This document shows positions 1 through 11,819 of a stretch of 64,000 bases of DNA, piece after piece (the first letter of the stretch is position 1; each line of letters begins with the position of its first letter). The DNA lies in assembly GCA_001244265.2 (NCBI GenBank), contig CDLV01000008.1, positions 248,001-312,000 of the forward strand, read 5' to 3'. The notes beneath the pieces were generated by a model, which was not told the DNA's origin, made no database searches, and saw only the letters and a program-made list of their open reading frames with translations. The position numbers and the translations under genes are program-made. This DNA comes from Microbotryum violaceum (taxonomy: Eukaryota).

Positions 1-901
1 TCATGTGCGCGAGCCGTTCCGATTTACCGAACCTTTCACCTTGGGTAAACAGTCCACAGCAGGTCATTCATTCAGCCACGAGGCATTCCGGGGATCTGTC
101 GCTCCCCATCTTGACAGCCCAGCAACCCGATACAGCGTGAGATGAAGTGGTCTACGCTCATTAAATCGGGGAATACTGCGTGCGGTAGCTGATGAAAAGA
201 CTCTTGAGCAAGATCAGGGCTCCGAAGTCCGCAAAGTCGAATTCGATCAGACTGACTCACCGATATGGCGCTCCTGTCCTTGTGTGTGCATGGGAGGTTG
301 ATATCTTGAGACGGTCGGCTCACGGGGCGTACTGTCATGTGGCCTGCTTCTGCCGAATGCGGATGCAGTGCGGCAGTATCCTGGCATCAATCCAAAAGGT
401 GGTGAGCAATGCCGTTCGAACGCGCCTCGATCAGGAAAATCAAAGGCGAACAAGTACTGCTTTCGCTTACAATGCATCGACGTGGCACTCGCCTGCACTC
501 GCGCGAAGTTGAGGTACAGTGGAAAATTGCCCCGGGTTGTAGCCGGCCGAAGCGCACCTTCGCGTTCCCGAAGCTATGCATGCGTCAAGGGCGACCGATC
601 GTGGCGGTCTCGGGTGCTCAGGCGACTGCATGGCACGTGGTCCCTGTGCCTGAAAGATTGCGTGAACTTGGTGGTCGCTCGGGCTCCAGCGTATATATCT
701 CATACGTACCCCACGTTGCTCGGGGACGAACCACGCCGGAATTCCGACAGCGTGCCAGTAGCTGTGGACGCCCTGCAACTTCAAACGCTCGAAGCTTCAC
801 CTCGTCTTTCATAGCAAGTAGGTGTAAGAGAAAGACAAACGCCCGAGCTTCTCTCCACTACCGGGCAATCTGCCTCTCATCCATGCGCTTCATTGGCCCA
901 C

Positions 902-3505
902 CTATTTCCCATATGACCACCGCGACGCCAGCGACTCGAATGACGCGAAGCTAGATCCCGGATACAAGGGTTCGAACCCAATTCAGTACTATCTCGTTGA
1001 ACCAGCACAGGCTCGAGAGACGATGATGTAAGGTGCTCACACAGCGGGATCCGTACAATCGGGCATGGCGGCGCTATTGGTGACCTTCTTGGCCAACTGA
1101 ACGGTTCGTCCTTCGCGACCCCTTTCGAAGACGGCTAGTGACGAGGTATGAACATAGTTAGAGTAAACACACGAAGCATTCTTGTCAGTCATGTTATTAC
1201 GAGTGCCGTCGCTGTGGCATCCTTAGGTGAACGTTACTCACGCAGCTTTCCAAAGCCAGAATCATAGGTCACGATTTGATAATCCGTCTCTGCAACGATG
1301 AGAGCACGAGTCAGAACAAGGATCTACTGGCCGTATGTGAGCAGAAGGCTGATTGAGCTCACTGCTAAGCAACCAACTGCTAACCATCACCTGCGTCGTC
1401 CCATCGAGCAAATGCTTCTGTCGGTGCCACTGGCTTTGATCGGCGTCCTTGATCTCGGGATGCGTCGCGGTGAAGCCCGTGGTGACGATGCGGTCGGGGT
1501 ACTTGGTCATCGCGTCATGCTTGAGGTGCTCGGAATCCGACACGAGGTAGTAGACAATCTTTTGACCTGGTTTCGCGTATTTAGCCGCAAGTTGTTCCGC
1601 GCAGACGAAGAACCGTCGGTGCGACTCGACCGACATGTGCGAGTCGGCATCGGCGGATTTCTGGAGAGGCGAAAGACAAGTACCAAACCGAAGCCCCTTG
1701 GTCAGCCATCGACCATGTCGCCCGCTCGTTGAGCAACGGAGAGGCTTGTAACTCACCATATTGGCATCCCCTGTCCGGATCTGCATCGAGACCGAAAACA
1801 CGGAAGGGAGCACAAACAGCGACGAGTATTGTACCATGTAGCGCTGCGCGCTCGCCTTGGGCGTAAAGAGGTAGTCGGTCATGCAAGCGTAGACCAAGGC
1901 GTACTCGAACCCCTTGTCCTTGAGGATGGGTGCAATCTCGGTATAGTTGAACGAGCGAAGCGCGCCTCCTCGGTTCGTGTTGATCTGTGCAGATTTTTAG
2001 CGGCCGTTTCAGGACAAACTGCCTGGACCGACGAGCAAGCGCGGCAAGACGACGCTCAGACTACTGACCTCGACCCAACTGGGCTCGTCGCGATGTTTGC
2101 CCCAAACGGTATCGAGCAGGAACTCGTCGAGCGCCTCCATCGGGCGTTGAAAGTTCCTCAAGCTGATCTGCGAAGTCGGCTTGCCGAGCTTGGGGTGTGT
2201 TGCCTCGTTGGTGGTGAGGGTCAACGGCCGGCTCCAGTCGATATTTACAGCGTCGGCAAAGACCTCGAACGGCCAGTCGGCCCAGTCGACGAAGAAGGCC
2301 CGGTCCGTCAGAATGGCGTAGAGGAAGCTTGTGAAAAGGCCAAAGAATCTGAGTAGCGCCGAGGACAACATAGGTCCGTCACGCCAATTAGTCTCGGCCG
2401 AAAGCTCGGTGTGATGCGATGAGCACCTGGAGCTGGAACTAACCGATCTGCTGTGCCACCGCAGCTTTGTCCCTTCTTGCAAGAAGCAATCATGACCTTG
2501 GGTGGAATGACGCCATTGATGACATCGCGATGCATGGCTCCGTAGGCCTCTCCCCAAGGCGTGCCTTTGCATTCATGTGAAGGCCGGCCCGTTTCCCACT
2601 CCTGTACAAGAGCTTGATGCCTGTAAAATAAAACGCGAAGGAAACCTGGGTCGGAGCCCGTTGCGGGGGGATGACCTTCAGAGCAGCTTACTTTGCCTTG
2701 GACCCGGTCCTGTACTCCCCCGGCCCACTGCCGACCTTGATCATCGCCGGACCCCTCGTGATGGTCGGTTCAATTCTGCTCGATTTCGAATTGAGGCCGA
2801 TCGGTGTGCCGGCTTGGGACCGTGGCCTGGTTTCGATGATCCAATTTCGAATCCGTTGTTCATCCTGTAGGACACCAAAGACGTCGGAGTATTCCGACTA
2901 GATCAGTACCAACGAAAATTGCGTCGCATCATGCATGCAGAGCCCAGTTGCCGATCCACCTTGTTGAGTGTCCGCACCACGTTGAGCAGACTCTTGTGCG
3001 GAGGGTGCTCTTTCCACTGATATTGCGCGTAGAACTCTTCTTCGGATGCAAAATCGCCGACCACGTCCAAATTTTCCTCCTGTAGCACGGGCCCGAGTTC
3101 CTCCGCAACCAATTCCATCTCCGAGGTCAGCAATGACCGCGCCGCGATGACCAACGTGGCCACCACGAGCAAGCCGACCGCGACGAGGGTGACGATCTGG
3201 CAACTGTTGCACCGGCATGGAAATGATTGGTAGTGGTTTATGAGTTGGTACTCCTTCTTCTTCGAGCTTGACATCAAGAAACTCTCGCCATCAGAGTACC
3301 GCGGTTTATCGTCGACGCGTTCATAGTCGCTGCCACTGCCGCTGCCGCTGCCACTGCCGCTGCCGCTGCCAACCTCGCTCCCACTGTCGTTGTCGGCATC
3401 CGAATCAGATTCGAGCGATCGCCTTTGTTCGTTGACGTCGCCTTCCTCGTCTGTTGGGAGGAGTTGCGCTCGATGACATTCATCGTTGGTTGGATCAAAC
3501 GACAT
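902..3505 (-). CDS. Multi-exon type II membrane GT-B fucosyltransferase-like protein (NodZ/GT23/GT37-like)
   Basis: N-terminal TM (IVTLVAVGLLVVATLVIA). Motifs GGTADRL..LFTSFLYAILTDRAFF, VSMQIRTGD, YYLVSDS and a downstream SGFGK resemble the conserved alpha-fucosyltransferase motifs. GT-AG introns; last exon FASFESLASRWSYGK* ends at 902. Confidence 0.7.
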
Positions 3506-3605
3506 CGTGCCTACGCGATGGGTATGTACGTGTAAGGATGAGATCAGACATGATGCAGGGAGGTGTTGAAGCCATTCGCGTGGTTGGCATCCCTCGCGGG
3601 CGAGG

Positions 3606-3656
3606 CGCGCCGTTCTTATCGGCTCGACGCGCCGTTCTTATCGGCTCGACGCGCCG
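3606..3656. repeat. 22-bp tandem repeat (about 2.3 copies) upstream of the glycosyltransferase
   Basis: cgcgccgttcttatcggctcga twice, then cgcgccg. Confidence 0.9.
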
Positions 3657-4815
3657 AGGCTAGTGGGGCGTTCGAGGTCTTTTCTGCATCGCCGGTGTCT
3701 TCTCGATGGCTGCTGCGGCTGGGCTGTCTCCTGTTAGGACTGATGCGTGCTGTTACTGAAGTAAAGCTTATCACCGGCTCTCAGTTGACAACCTGAACCG
3801 ATTGATTTGCTGATGTTGGACGGAAGATTCTTAACAGTACGATCTTAGTAGGATGTACTTTATAGATGTCGTAGATGTAAGTTCATACTTCCCATCTATG
3901 TGTTTCCGATGTTGACCCCTTACTCGAAAGAAAAAAGGAGACGAGGGAAGGTCAAGTTTCGATAGGATCGGGCATCAAATGCAGGCGACTAAAATATTCA
4001 CCCGTTGATCGCCATTCCCGCGGGCAGTCGCGTTCTCGACTTCAAGAGAAGGCCCGGAAACGAGCCTCTGGACGAGAACTTTGCTCGTGCGCAGCACCCG
4101 TTCCTTTTAGCCGACAAATGTGTTGTTTGACGACGGCATGCGCCAGGGAGCGCGCCCGGTGGACGATCGGAAGCCCGGCGCGTGGGCGCGGGAGTCTCTG
4201 TGTGAGTGCTCCAATCCAAGCGCTCCGCACGAACTTTCTGATTCATGATGATTAACTTTTTTCAAAATCAATACCCTTCAGATGGGTCCCAGCCCGTTGA
4301 GTAGTCGAGTCCTGTATATCCTCAACATCAATTTATAAGGGGTGGTTTTTGGCCTTCGGCCTCCGTTTGAAACAATGAGTCGTGGGGTAGGTAAACTCAT
4401 TTGTGTGGATATTCAGGCCCTGAAGGATCGGCCCCTGAATTCACTGAAGGCCGAAGGGGCCAAATGCAAGTGCCCCGACATGTTCAAGAGTGCGCCCGAG
4501 TTGAGGCTCGGAGCAGTCTCGGCTGCTGATTTGCTTTACTTGATGACCGTTACCCTGTACTTGTGGCCTATTTGCTGTGCGCTTTGAAAAGTCTCGACGA
4601 TCGAGGCTGGTGCGGCTCATGCACGGGCAATATGGCGGGCTTCACAATGCCAAGCCGAGCCTTTCGGAAAACGCTCTTGGCTGGGTTTCGGCGAGAGTCT
4701 GCGAGCACATCGGGTTCGTAGCTCGTTCGTCAGGTCCGTTCTTCCTCCTCCTTCTTTCCTCACTACCACTTATCCATTTTTTACCCCCTTCTTCACCCTA
4801 CCTTCTCTGTACGAC

Positions 4816-6747
4816 ATGCACAAAGCTGTTGTCGTCGCTGTCGTCGCTCTCGTTGCTGGGGCCATCGCCCAAACTCCGCTCGCGGAGCAGCGCTTCAACT
4901 ACACAAACCTCGTGAGTTTTTTCCGATCGCGCGCCTGGCGCTCGCCCATCGCAGCGCCCATTCTCGAGCAACAGCTGACAGATCGCATCCCTTTTTGACG
5001 TTTTGATACATTTTCAAAGCCTTACCAAGCTGATTCCAACGATGGACCTCGAGGAAAGCAGCTGGGGTGAGTTGGCAGCGCTGTCCGAAGCGACGTCCGG
5101 TTCTTATTGAGGCGCGGACGGCCGAGCTCGTCAACCGTGAGGCGATGTTGAGGCATGGTTTGCTCAGCCGGCGCGCGCCAAGCTTTTTCGTTCGGATCCG
5201 CGTTCGCCACCGCTTCAAGCTGCCTGTTGTCTGCCAGAGTGTTAATCACTCACCCCTCCTGTTTAACCACGTGTATCAACATAGTTACAACCGATGCAAC
5301 TCGACAACCGAAGGTCAATCGTCTATGTGTCAAACATCCTACATCAACAGTCTCGACGACTTTTGCCTGTGGTGAGTTTCTTGGCAGATCGAGGCTCGGC
5401 GAGCGATCATCGCCCCCAGCGATCTTTCCAGAATGGCGATATACGAAACATTCACTTACATCAACTTTATACGTTTTCTCCTGCTTATCAAACGCTTCTT
5501 TCCAAAAGGGCCCCACCTTTGCCCGACAGCATCGTCGGTGACGTGGAGGGCGGCATGGTGGCGTGGTGCACCAAAGGCGGTCGGGGTACTCGCGTCATCC
5601 CTCCCGGTGCTCTGCAGTCGGTCCAGTTCATCAAAGTGAGATCAGGGTCTTATACTCATGGTAGCCAGAGTTTCCGTCAAGCTGATCCTTTTTTCCCTCC
5701 CGACAGACCCCTCATTATGTCCGTCTTGGCAAATCATGTTTATGATCGAACCTTGCTTTCGAAAGTCAACGTACCGAACTTACTGACGTGCTACCCCCAC
5801 CAAATCATCACAGGTTCAAGTGACGGGTTACATCAACCAAGCCATGATCAACATCGACGCCAATGATCGTGAGTCACCCAGCACAGTGTCAGTGTGAGAG
5901 CATTAGAGCATCAGACCAGCTCATATCGAATCTTCTTCAGAGGGTGGAGAGATGGATCCCCACGGTGCCGATCAGGTAAGCATCTTGGGCCCATCTTGTC
6001 TCTGTACGACATGGGATATGTTTATTAACGCTAAATACCTTTACTCTTAAACAGCGAGGTAACCCTCTCGGTGGCTTGTTGTTCAGTCAAGCGTTCAACG
6101 GCAACTCGACCACGAACTCGTCGACCCCAAGCGGAGCTTCGTTCCGCCAAGTCATCCAATGGCACAACTTTATGGGCGCCAACTACTTCTGCTTGAAGGC
6201 TTGCGACCCTAGCTGGGACGGGGGAGCGCGCATGTGCGAGCACGTCTACGACCGAGCCGGCTGTGACGTCAACGCCCCCGTGACTCGAATGAACGGCACG
6301 TTCCTCTCGTGCCTCGGTGACGACCAACTTCCCCCCGGCGTCTACATCGGCAGCAACGGCGGCAGGAGCACCTGGTACCAACCCGGCGAGGGAACCGAGC
6401 TCGGTAACCTCCCCTACTCCGTCTTTACCCCCGCTACCTCGTCGTGCTCGACCTTCCAGTCCGCGGCCGTGTTTGGTGGCTCCGCGACCGAATCCGCCAG
6501 CGCCGCGGCCAACACCTCGGCCTCTGCCTCGGGCTCGGCGGCAAACGCTTCCGTCTCTGCCTCCGTGACCGGTACCGCGACCGCGACGGCTGGTACGGCC
6601 ATGGTCACCAGCCCCCCCACCTCTACCGCCACGGGTGCCAATGCCGCCGCCGCGACGACGACTCGCGCGGCCTCGCCTGCGCGACGCCACGCCGCCCCTA
6701 TCGCGGCCCTCCTCGGCCTCGGTGGTTTAGCCATCTTCGTCATCTAA
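4816..6747 (+). CDS. Secreted, probably GPI-anchored mannoprotein (Cryptococcus MP88 / 'macrofage activating glycoprotein' family)
   Basis: Signal peptide MHKAVVVAVVALVAGAIAQ; spliced Cys-rich core YNRCNSTTEG..CQT..INSLDDFCLW, VAWCTK, GGEMDPHGADQRGNPLGG, FCLKAC, CEHVYDRAGC; Ser/Thr/Ala stalk; hydrophobic C-terminus. Confidence 0.8.
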
Positions 6748-7591
6748 GCGCATTTATGCCAACTGGACACTCTACGCACTATTAGCACTTAATGAACACG
6801 ATACGGATTTTTCATTTTGCACTTGTCTTGTCAGTTCTGGCCATCCTCTGCCTATGGAAACCGAATGAGCACCATCACTGACCCGTCGCTCCTTTACTTC
6901 GTTTGCAGATCGCTCTACTATCGTCGTGGCTTAGATGTTTCTCTCTTCTGGCGCGCACTCTTTGTGTGACGTAGGTTTTTATTTTTGTAACACTCTTCTT
7001 CGCAACTGTTCTTCAGGCCCCTGATACCTGTTCCGTCGAGATTTGGGTGCCGCCTCAAGACACCGTATCAGTCATCCAATGACGGTCGCGTTCGCAGACC
7101 CCCTTTTCGAAGAGTCTGTTATAAGAATATAAGTGTTGGGTAGTCCGGTGTACCTAGTAACCCGTGGAAATGTAATCACTGAAGCATCCCCCAAAGAACA
7201 CGACACTCGGTTGCCAGAGGATCATCAGCTCAGGGCGATCCGCGATCGGACATTCCCGCAAGCCGGGCTTCGACGGCTGCAATGGCGGCCGATCTGCTTG
7301 AGCGAGCAGCTGACGCAGGAACATCTGGTGGAATCAAAACAAGGAGAAGCTCAAGACTGTGATCACTGTGGGCATTGAGCACGCGACGGAACGAGTTCGA
7401 TTAAACAACGTGCTGCGATTTACGGCAAAGTGGTCCAACAATCGCGAATTACGAAACTTAGGGCTCTTTAAATTGAAAAATCCATGATGCAAAATCGATG
7501 ATGCCCTCCACGTCAGCAGCTTGTTACCACCTACCGTGGAGAGACCCCGATCGCAGGCCGGAAGAGATCGGCAATCGGGACCGGCTTGTAT

Positions 7592-7847
7592 ACATGTAAG
7601 GATATATCCTTACACATGAGTTAAGGTCAATACACAACCAAATCTGTTCATCTTGATATTGCAACATCAACATATAACTATTTCTGAATGGTGTCTGCAA
7701 GGACTACATGATAGCATGTGTATTGCAAGACTTGTAGTGATTCAAAATTTCTGTGTCCTTACCGCACCTCCCGTATCCTTACCGCACCCTCGTATCCTTA
7801 CATGTGTCGACATGTGTAAGGATACGCCCGCTCGCGCACGTGACATG
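7592..7847 (+). repeat. Left terminal inverted repeat (256 bp)
   Basis: Starts acatgtaaggatatatccttacacatg; pairs with 19452-19707. Confidence 0.95.
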
Positions 7848-8161
7848 CGTAAGGATACACTCGCGCGCAAAGAGCACTGGCTGCTGCTGGTGAATAATTG
7901 ACTCTTTCCGCACACCAGTGGTTGTCAAAGTATCGCCATGCCCATTTTTGCACTAAGTTTAGTTATACATACTATTGCTGACCGCTATCATGGCCCCTAC
8001 TGTACACTACATTAGTGATTGACAAGGCCAAAACTTCACTGGACCACTGGGGCACAACTTTGTGAGTCAAACTTGCCATCAACATGAATGTTCCCCACTG
8101 TGATTTCCTCCAGGAGCACTGCACCGCTGGAAAACATTGTAAGAGGAGAGCATCGTCAGCT

Positions 8162-9956
8162 CTATTGATCTACTTTTTTGGCGTTCCCGACACTCACTAT
8201 CTCGCATTCATGAAAAAAAGCCGACGCATCTTCCATCTTCCAGACACCTTGTCCTTCTTCAAGAGTCCCTTTGGGTGGTAGACTTGACACTTTAATGCCG
8301 ATATCGGGAGGATCGGAGGGCTCATGGTATAGACTCCACATTTCGTGCCACTGCCGCGTTAGCATTAGGTTGAAGGCTTGCAAGAAGTTCAATGACTCCT
8401 CTTCTAGCTCGTAGAAAAGAACGGAAACTAATCCGCCAGCGTTCCTGTCCCCTATCGGCCTAGCGAGAGAGCCTTTGATTGCGTCGAAATGATAGCATGC
8501 GGCCTCTTGCCCGTATCCAACCGTCGCGTTCGTAACGAAATGTGAATTGTTGATGTTGTACACTCCTGACCGAAGGCGCCAGACCATCTCTGGCATTTGG
8601 TCCGAAACACCGAAGCGTAGCTCAGCTGGGGCCAGTGAATGTTCCGGGTAAATATTGTTGATGTTGATCACAATCACACGGGGGAGCGAGGTGATTGAAA
8701 CGAATGCACCTAAGAGCCTCCGGGGCAATTGCGCTTGTGATGCCGACGGCCTGAGTTATTTGCCTCTGTGTACAATTTCAACGGTTGCCCAACGATTGAG
8801 GCGACGACGTCCGACAACGTTTCCAGCGAATGCGAAGGCAGGTGGAGACTTGAGATGAGAAGGGGCCAGTCAACCACAAACTGTCGTCTTGGGGACACCT
8901 CAATCTGAATGCAGTTGCAGGCAGTGCAATACCCGGCTCGTTGAAGATGTAATTCGACGAGAGTTCGGTCGGGATCATTCAACGTGACAGCACTTGGCAA
9001 AACCGGATGATCGACGGTGAACGAGTGAAGTGTCTCGAGCCAGGTCTGCCGAAAAAAGTGATGATTAGCGTCCAGTTTTGATCGTCTTGGGAGGGCGGGG
9101 TTCGCTAAGTGATTGACTGACTACTGGGCTACTATAACTCCCCCGCTTAAATGGAGTTGTAAAATGGCTTGACTGACTACTGGGCTACTATAACTCCCCC
9201 GCTTAAATGGAGTTGTAAAATGGCTTCCGCGCTCTTTCGACACCCCAACCACAGTGGAAATCATTCGTTCTCGTAATTGTGTGTATGCTTCAAATGCGTT
9301 CGCCGCCGGTTTCATATCAAACTTTCGAGCCATTGCTGTGTATTCGCGAATCGCATCCCATAGCTCGAGTGCCAAATATCGAGGGCGGAGCCTCAACACC
9401 ATCTCATCGCCAAGTGGAGGAATCACGTAGGCCGTATGGATGTTAAGGATATCCAAACACTGCAGCCATGGTTCCAATCCGTTGGCGACCGAGAGCAATG
9501 CGATAAGCTTTGAGTCAATCCAGCAAGAATTATCGCTCCACGGGCCTTGGATAATGACGACTGGCCCGTCTTCACCTGATCGAAGCCAGAAGTCTGCGTG
9601 GAGCTGCACAATCGTGCTACCGAGCGATGTCGACGTCGATGTCTTGGGCGGAGCGAATTTTACCCTTGGTGCAGATCTAGAGCCCTCTGGGAGCTTGTCA
9701 CTGGTGCGCTCGAGTGACGTCGACGTCGAAGCAGGTTTTGGCGTGGCGATTTCTACCTTTCTTGCAGATTTCGATGGCGCCAACTCCGACTTGGATGCAA
9801 CCATGGACAGGGGAATGTCGAATACGGACGTACATGTCCTCTTTGCCTCCGATTGTGATTCAGGTTCCGACAAGAGGAAGGCCAATCGTTTTCGAGGTAT
9901 CCGGTATTTTCGACCACTGGGGGCTTCCAAATTTCGTGCATTGTGCTGCGCAAGAA
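8162..9956 (-). CDS. 3' part of the transposon gene: USP/peptidase C19-like (USPL1-like) cysteine protease domain
   Basis: Cys box GPWSDNSCWIDS (Cys 9523-9525), CTAC zinc-ribbon-like motif, LPRVIVINI, His box WRLRSGVY..SHF (His 8540-8542), YHFDA (Asp 8483-8485), SVLFYE. In-frame intron 9177-9046; one frameshift near 8720. Confidence 0.6.
9113..9226. repeat. 56-bp perfect tandem duplication spanning a splice donor
   Basis: ttgactgactactgggctactataactcccccgcttaaatggagttgtaaaatggc occurs twice. Confidence 0.95.
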
Positions 9957-10047
9957 CTGTGAGACGGAGGATAAATCAGAGCAGGGATTCCGTCAGCCAG
10001 GCCTCAGCGACTCTCCACTCAGTCAACAGTCTGGGGCGGAGGCGTAC

Positions 10048-11477
10048 GTATTTGGGACAACTCCGTTTCTTCATTGAGCGCCCTCACAGCCATAGGGACA
10101 ACGGGGACTCGTCGCGATGGGCCGCTGAAATCTGAGCGGGGAGGAGTACCTTTCGATTTGGAATTGGACGTTTGATGGAGCTTGATGGAGCGATCCGTCG
10201 GGGAATGGCCTCGGATGAATTGCAATGAATTGAGGGCGTCAATCCAACGTCGTCTGATGATTCGCTCGAACTATGCTCGTCAGACGGCGGGTCAGGAATC
10301 TTGCGCTTGTGGGGGTATTCCTTGAATACCACATTTCGAATCGCCGGTCGTGTCCACCATTTGATCCAATTCTCTGACACAGAAAACTCGTCGATTGTGC
10401 GCTTTGCTATGGACTCAATCGATGCATGGGACTTCGCGTTGCGCATGGTGTTGACCAGCATTGCAAATCGTTCGCGCTCCGTTTGCGTACTGAGATGTCG
10501 GACCCCGAACCTCCTGACCTGCTCAATGAAGTGAAAGGCGCACCCGCTTGCCGCCTTCTCGCCAATCTGAATAGCCTCTGCAGTCCACTGTGACACCTGA
10601 TTGGGTGTGACGTTCAAGCGTCCCACATCTGCGGTCTTGCGTGCCACGTACCAATCCGAAATGGCTTGGCGAAGACCCGAAATCTGCGCGCTTGAATAAT
10701 CGACAACAAATGTGACTCCGTTGACGATGTCCTCCACGCTATAATTGGCCTCGTCAAGAATCTGAATAGGTGCGCAAAATGTCGACGGTAGAAGCCCGAT
10801 CGCTCGTGGTTGCCGACGGAGTACAGGATCGGAAACCAGCGACGAGCGCTTGGCGAATAGCAGACCGCGGCGAGCAACACCCAATTGTCGCGAAAGTAGG
10901 TGTTGTGAGCGTCGGTATGCCATCCCAAATTGCCTTCGACTAGCCGGTCGTCAATCGTTTCCGAGAGCCTCGCTTTCATCTGAGGAGTCTGGATGCCAAA
11001 TGACGTCTCAGAGTCGGTTAGCGAATTGGAGGTGATCTTCGACTTCGACCGCGACCCATCGTTCCTGGGTTGCTTCCGAGGGTCAGGATCGTGTATTTGC
11101 TCGGCAAGTGGCTGCCCTTGGCGCTGTCCTGGTATTTCGATGTACGCGAGGCAACCGGCATTGGCAACAGCTTCAATAGCTGACCTCAACGTGTCGGGCA
11201 GGGCTCCATTACGCTTACTGTGGCCCACTCTTGGTGCGTATCTCGAGATTGATCGAGTGCTGTCGAAAACAGGGCAAATCTCAGAGGCGGACGGCCGATG
11301 ACGAGGGTCCTGCGGAAATGCGGTCATTTGTCCCATGCGCAGCTCGGCGGCCGATGCCTGTGGAGCGGCTTTACGCAATTGTTGCAGCTCTTCCAGATGT
11401 TGCGGGGACGGACGCGACACCAGAGGCGGAGGATGCAAATGGTACCCTGAATGCCAGATATTTATTTCCCCGGGCAT
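10048..11477 (-). pseudogene. MULE-type DDE transposase core, disrupted upstream by the copia insertion
   Basis: HSGYHLHPPP (end of GCM/WRKY-type finger), FGIQTPQM, WHTDAH (D1), RWFPILYS, YRRHF, VVDYSSAQISG (D2), GCAFHF (CxxH), WIKWW, NSSEA (E); 1-nt frameshifts near 10750 and 10100. Confidence 0.8.
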
Positions 11478-11807
11478 TGTCGTTTGATATGTGTCTGTGC
11501 CTGTGGTATCTGCGCGGATGCGTGTGCGTTTAGTCATTAGTCACTTTGGTATTGTAGTTTGATCTGTTTAAGTTAGGGAGCGCGCGGGGCTTTCTTCCAG
11601 CGCGGCTGTTTACTCTTGATAGCTTTCTCATCACTCGCTCTACATTGTGGTCCTGACTTCTCGGCGTCGTGCACCCTCACCTATCGGAAGGTTAGTTACT
11701 GGAATACTTATTATCACTCGCTCTACATTGTGGTCCTGACTTCTCGGCGTCGTGCACCCTCACCTATCGGAAGGCTTTACTTCCGCGCTCGCATCTTTTC
11801 TGCGTTA
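11478..11807 (+). repeat. 5' LTR (330 bp) containing an internal 62-bp direct repeat (11630-11691 and 11713-11774)
   Basis: tgtcgtttg...tgcgtta; differs from the 3' LTR by 1 substitution and a 1-nt indel. Confidence 0.97.
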
Positions 11808-11819
11808 GGTTATGAGTCC
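11808..11819 (+). promoter_or_regulatory. Primer-binding site of the half-tRNA(iMet) type
   Basis: GGTTATGAGTCC directly after the 5' LTR and overlapping the gag ATG, as in Drosophila copia and Ty5. Confidence 0.8.

Noticed and set aside
72-900. Overlapping ORFs at the window start and many antisense ORFs throughout
   Set aside because: Expected shadow ORFs in GC-rich DNA; no motifs
960-985. GGTTCGAACCC T-loop-like motif suggesting a tRNA
   Set aside because: No cloverleaf; it lies in an intron of the glycosyltransferase gene
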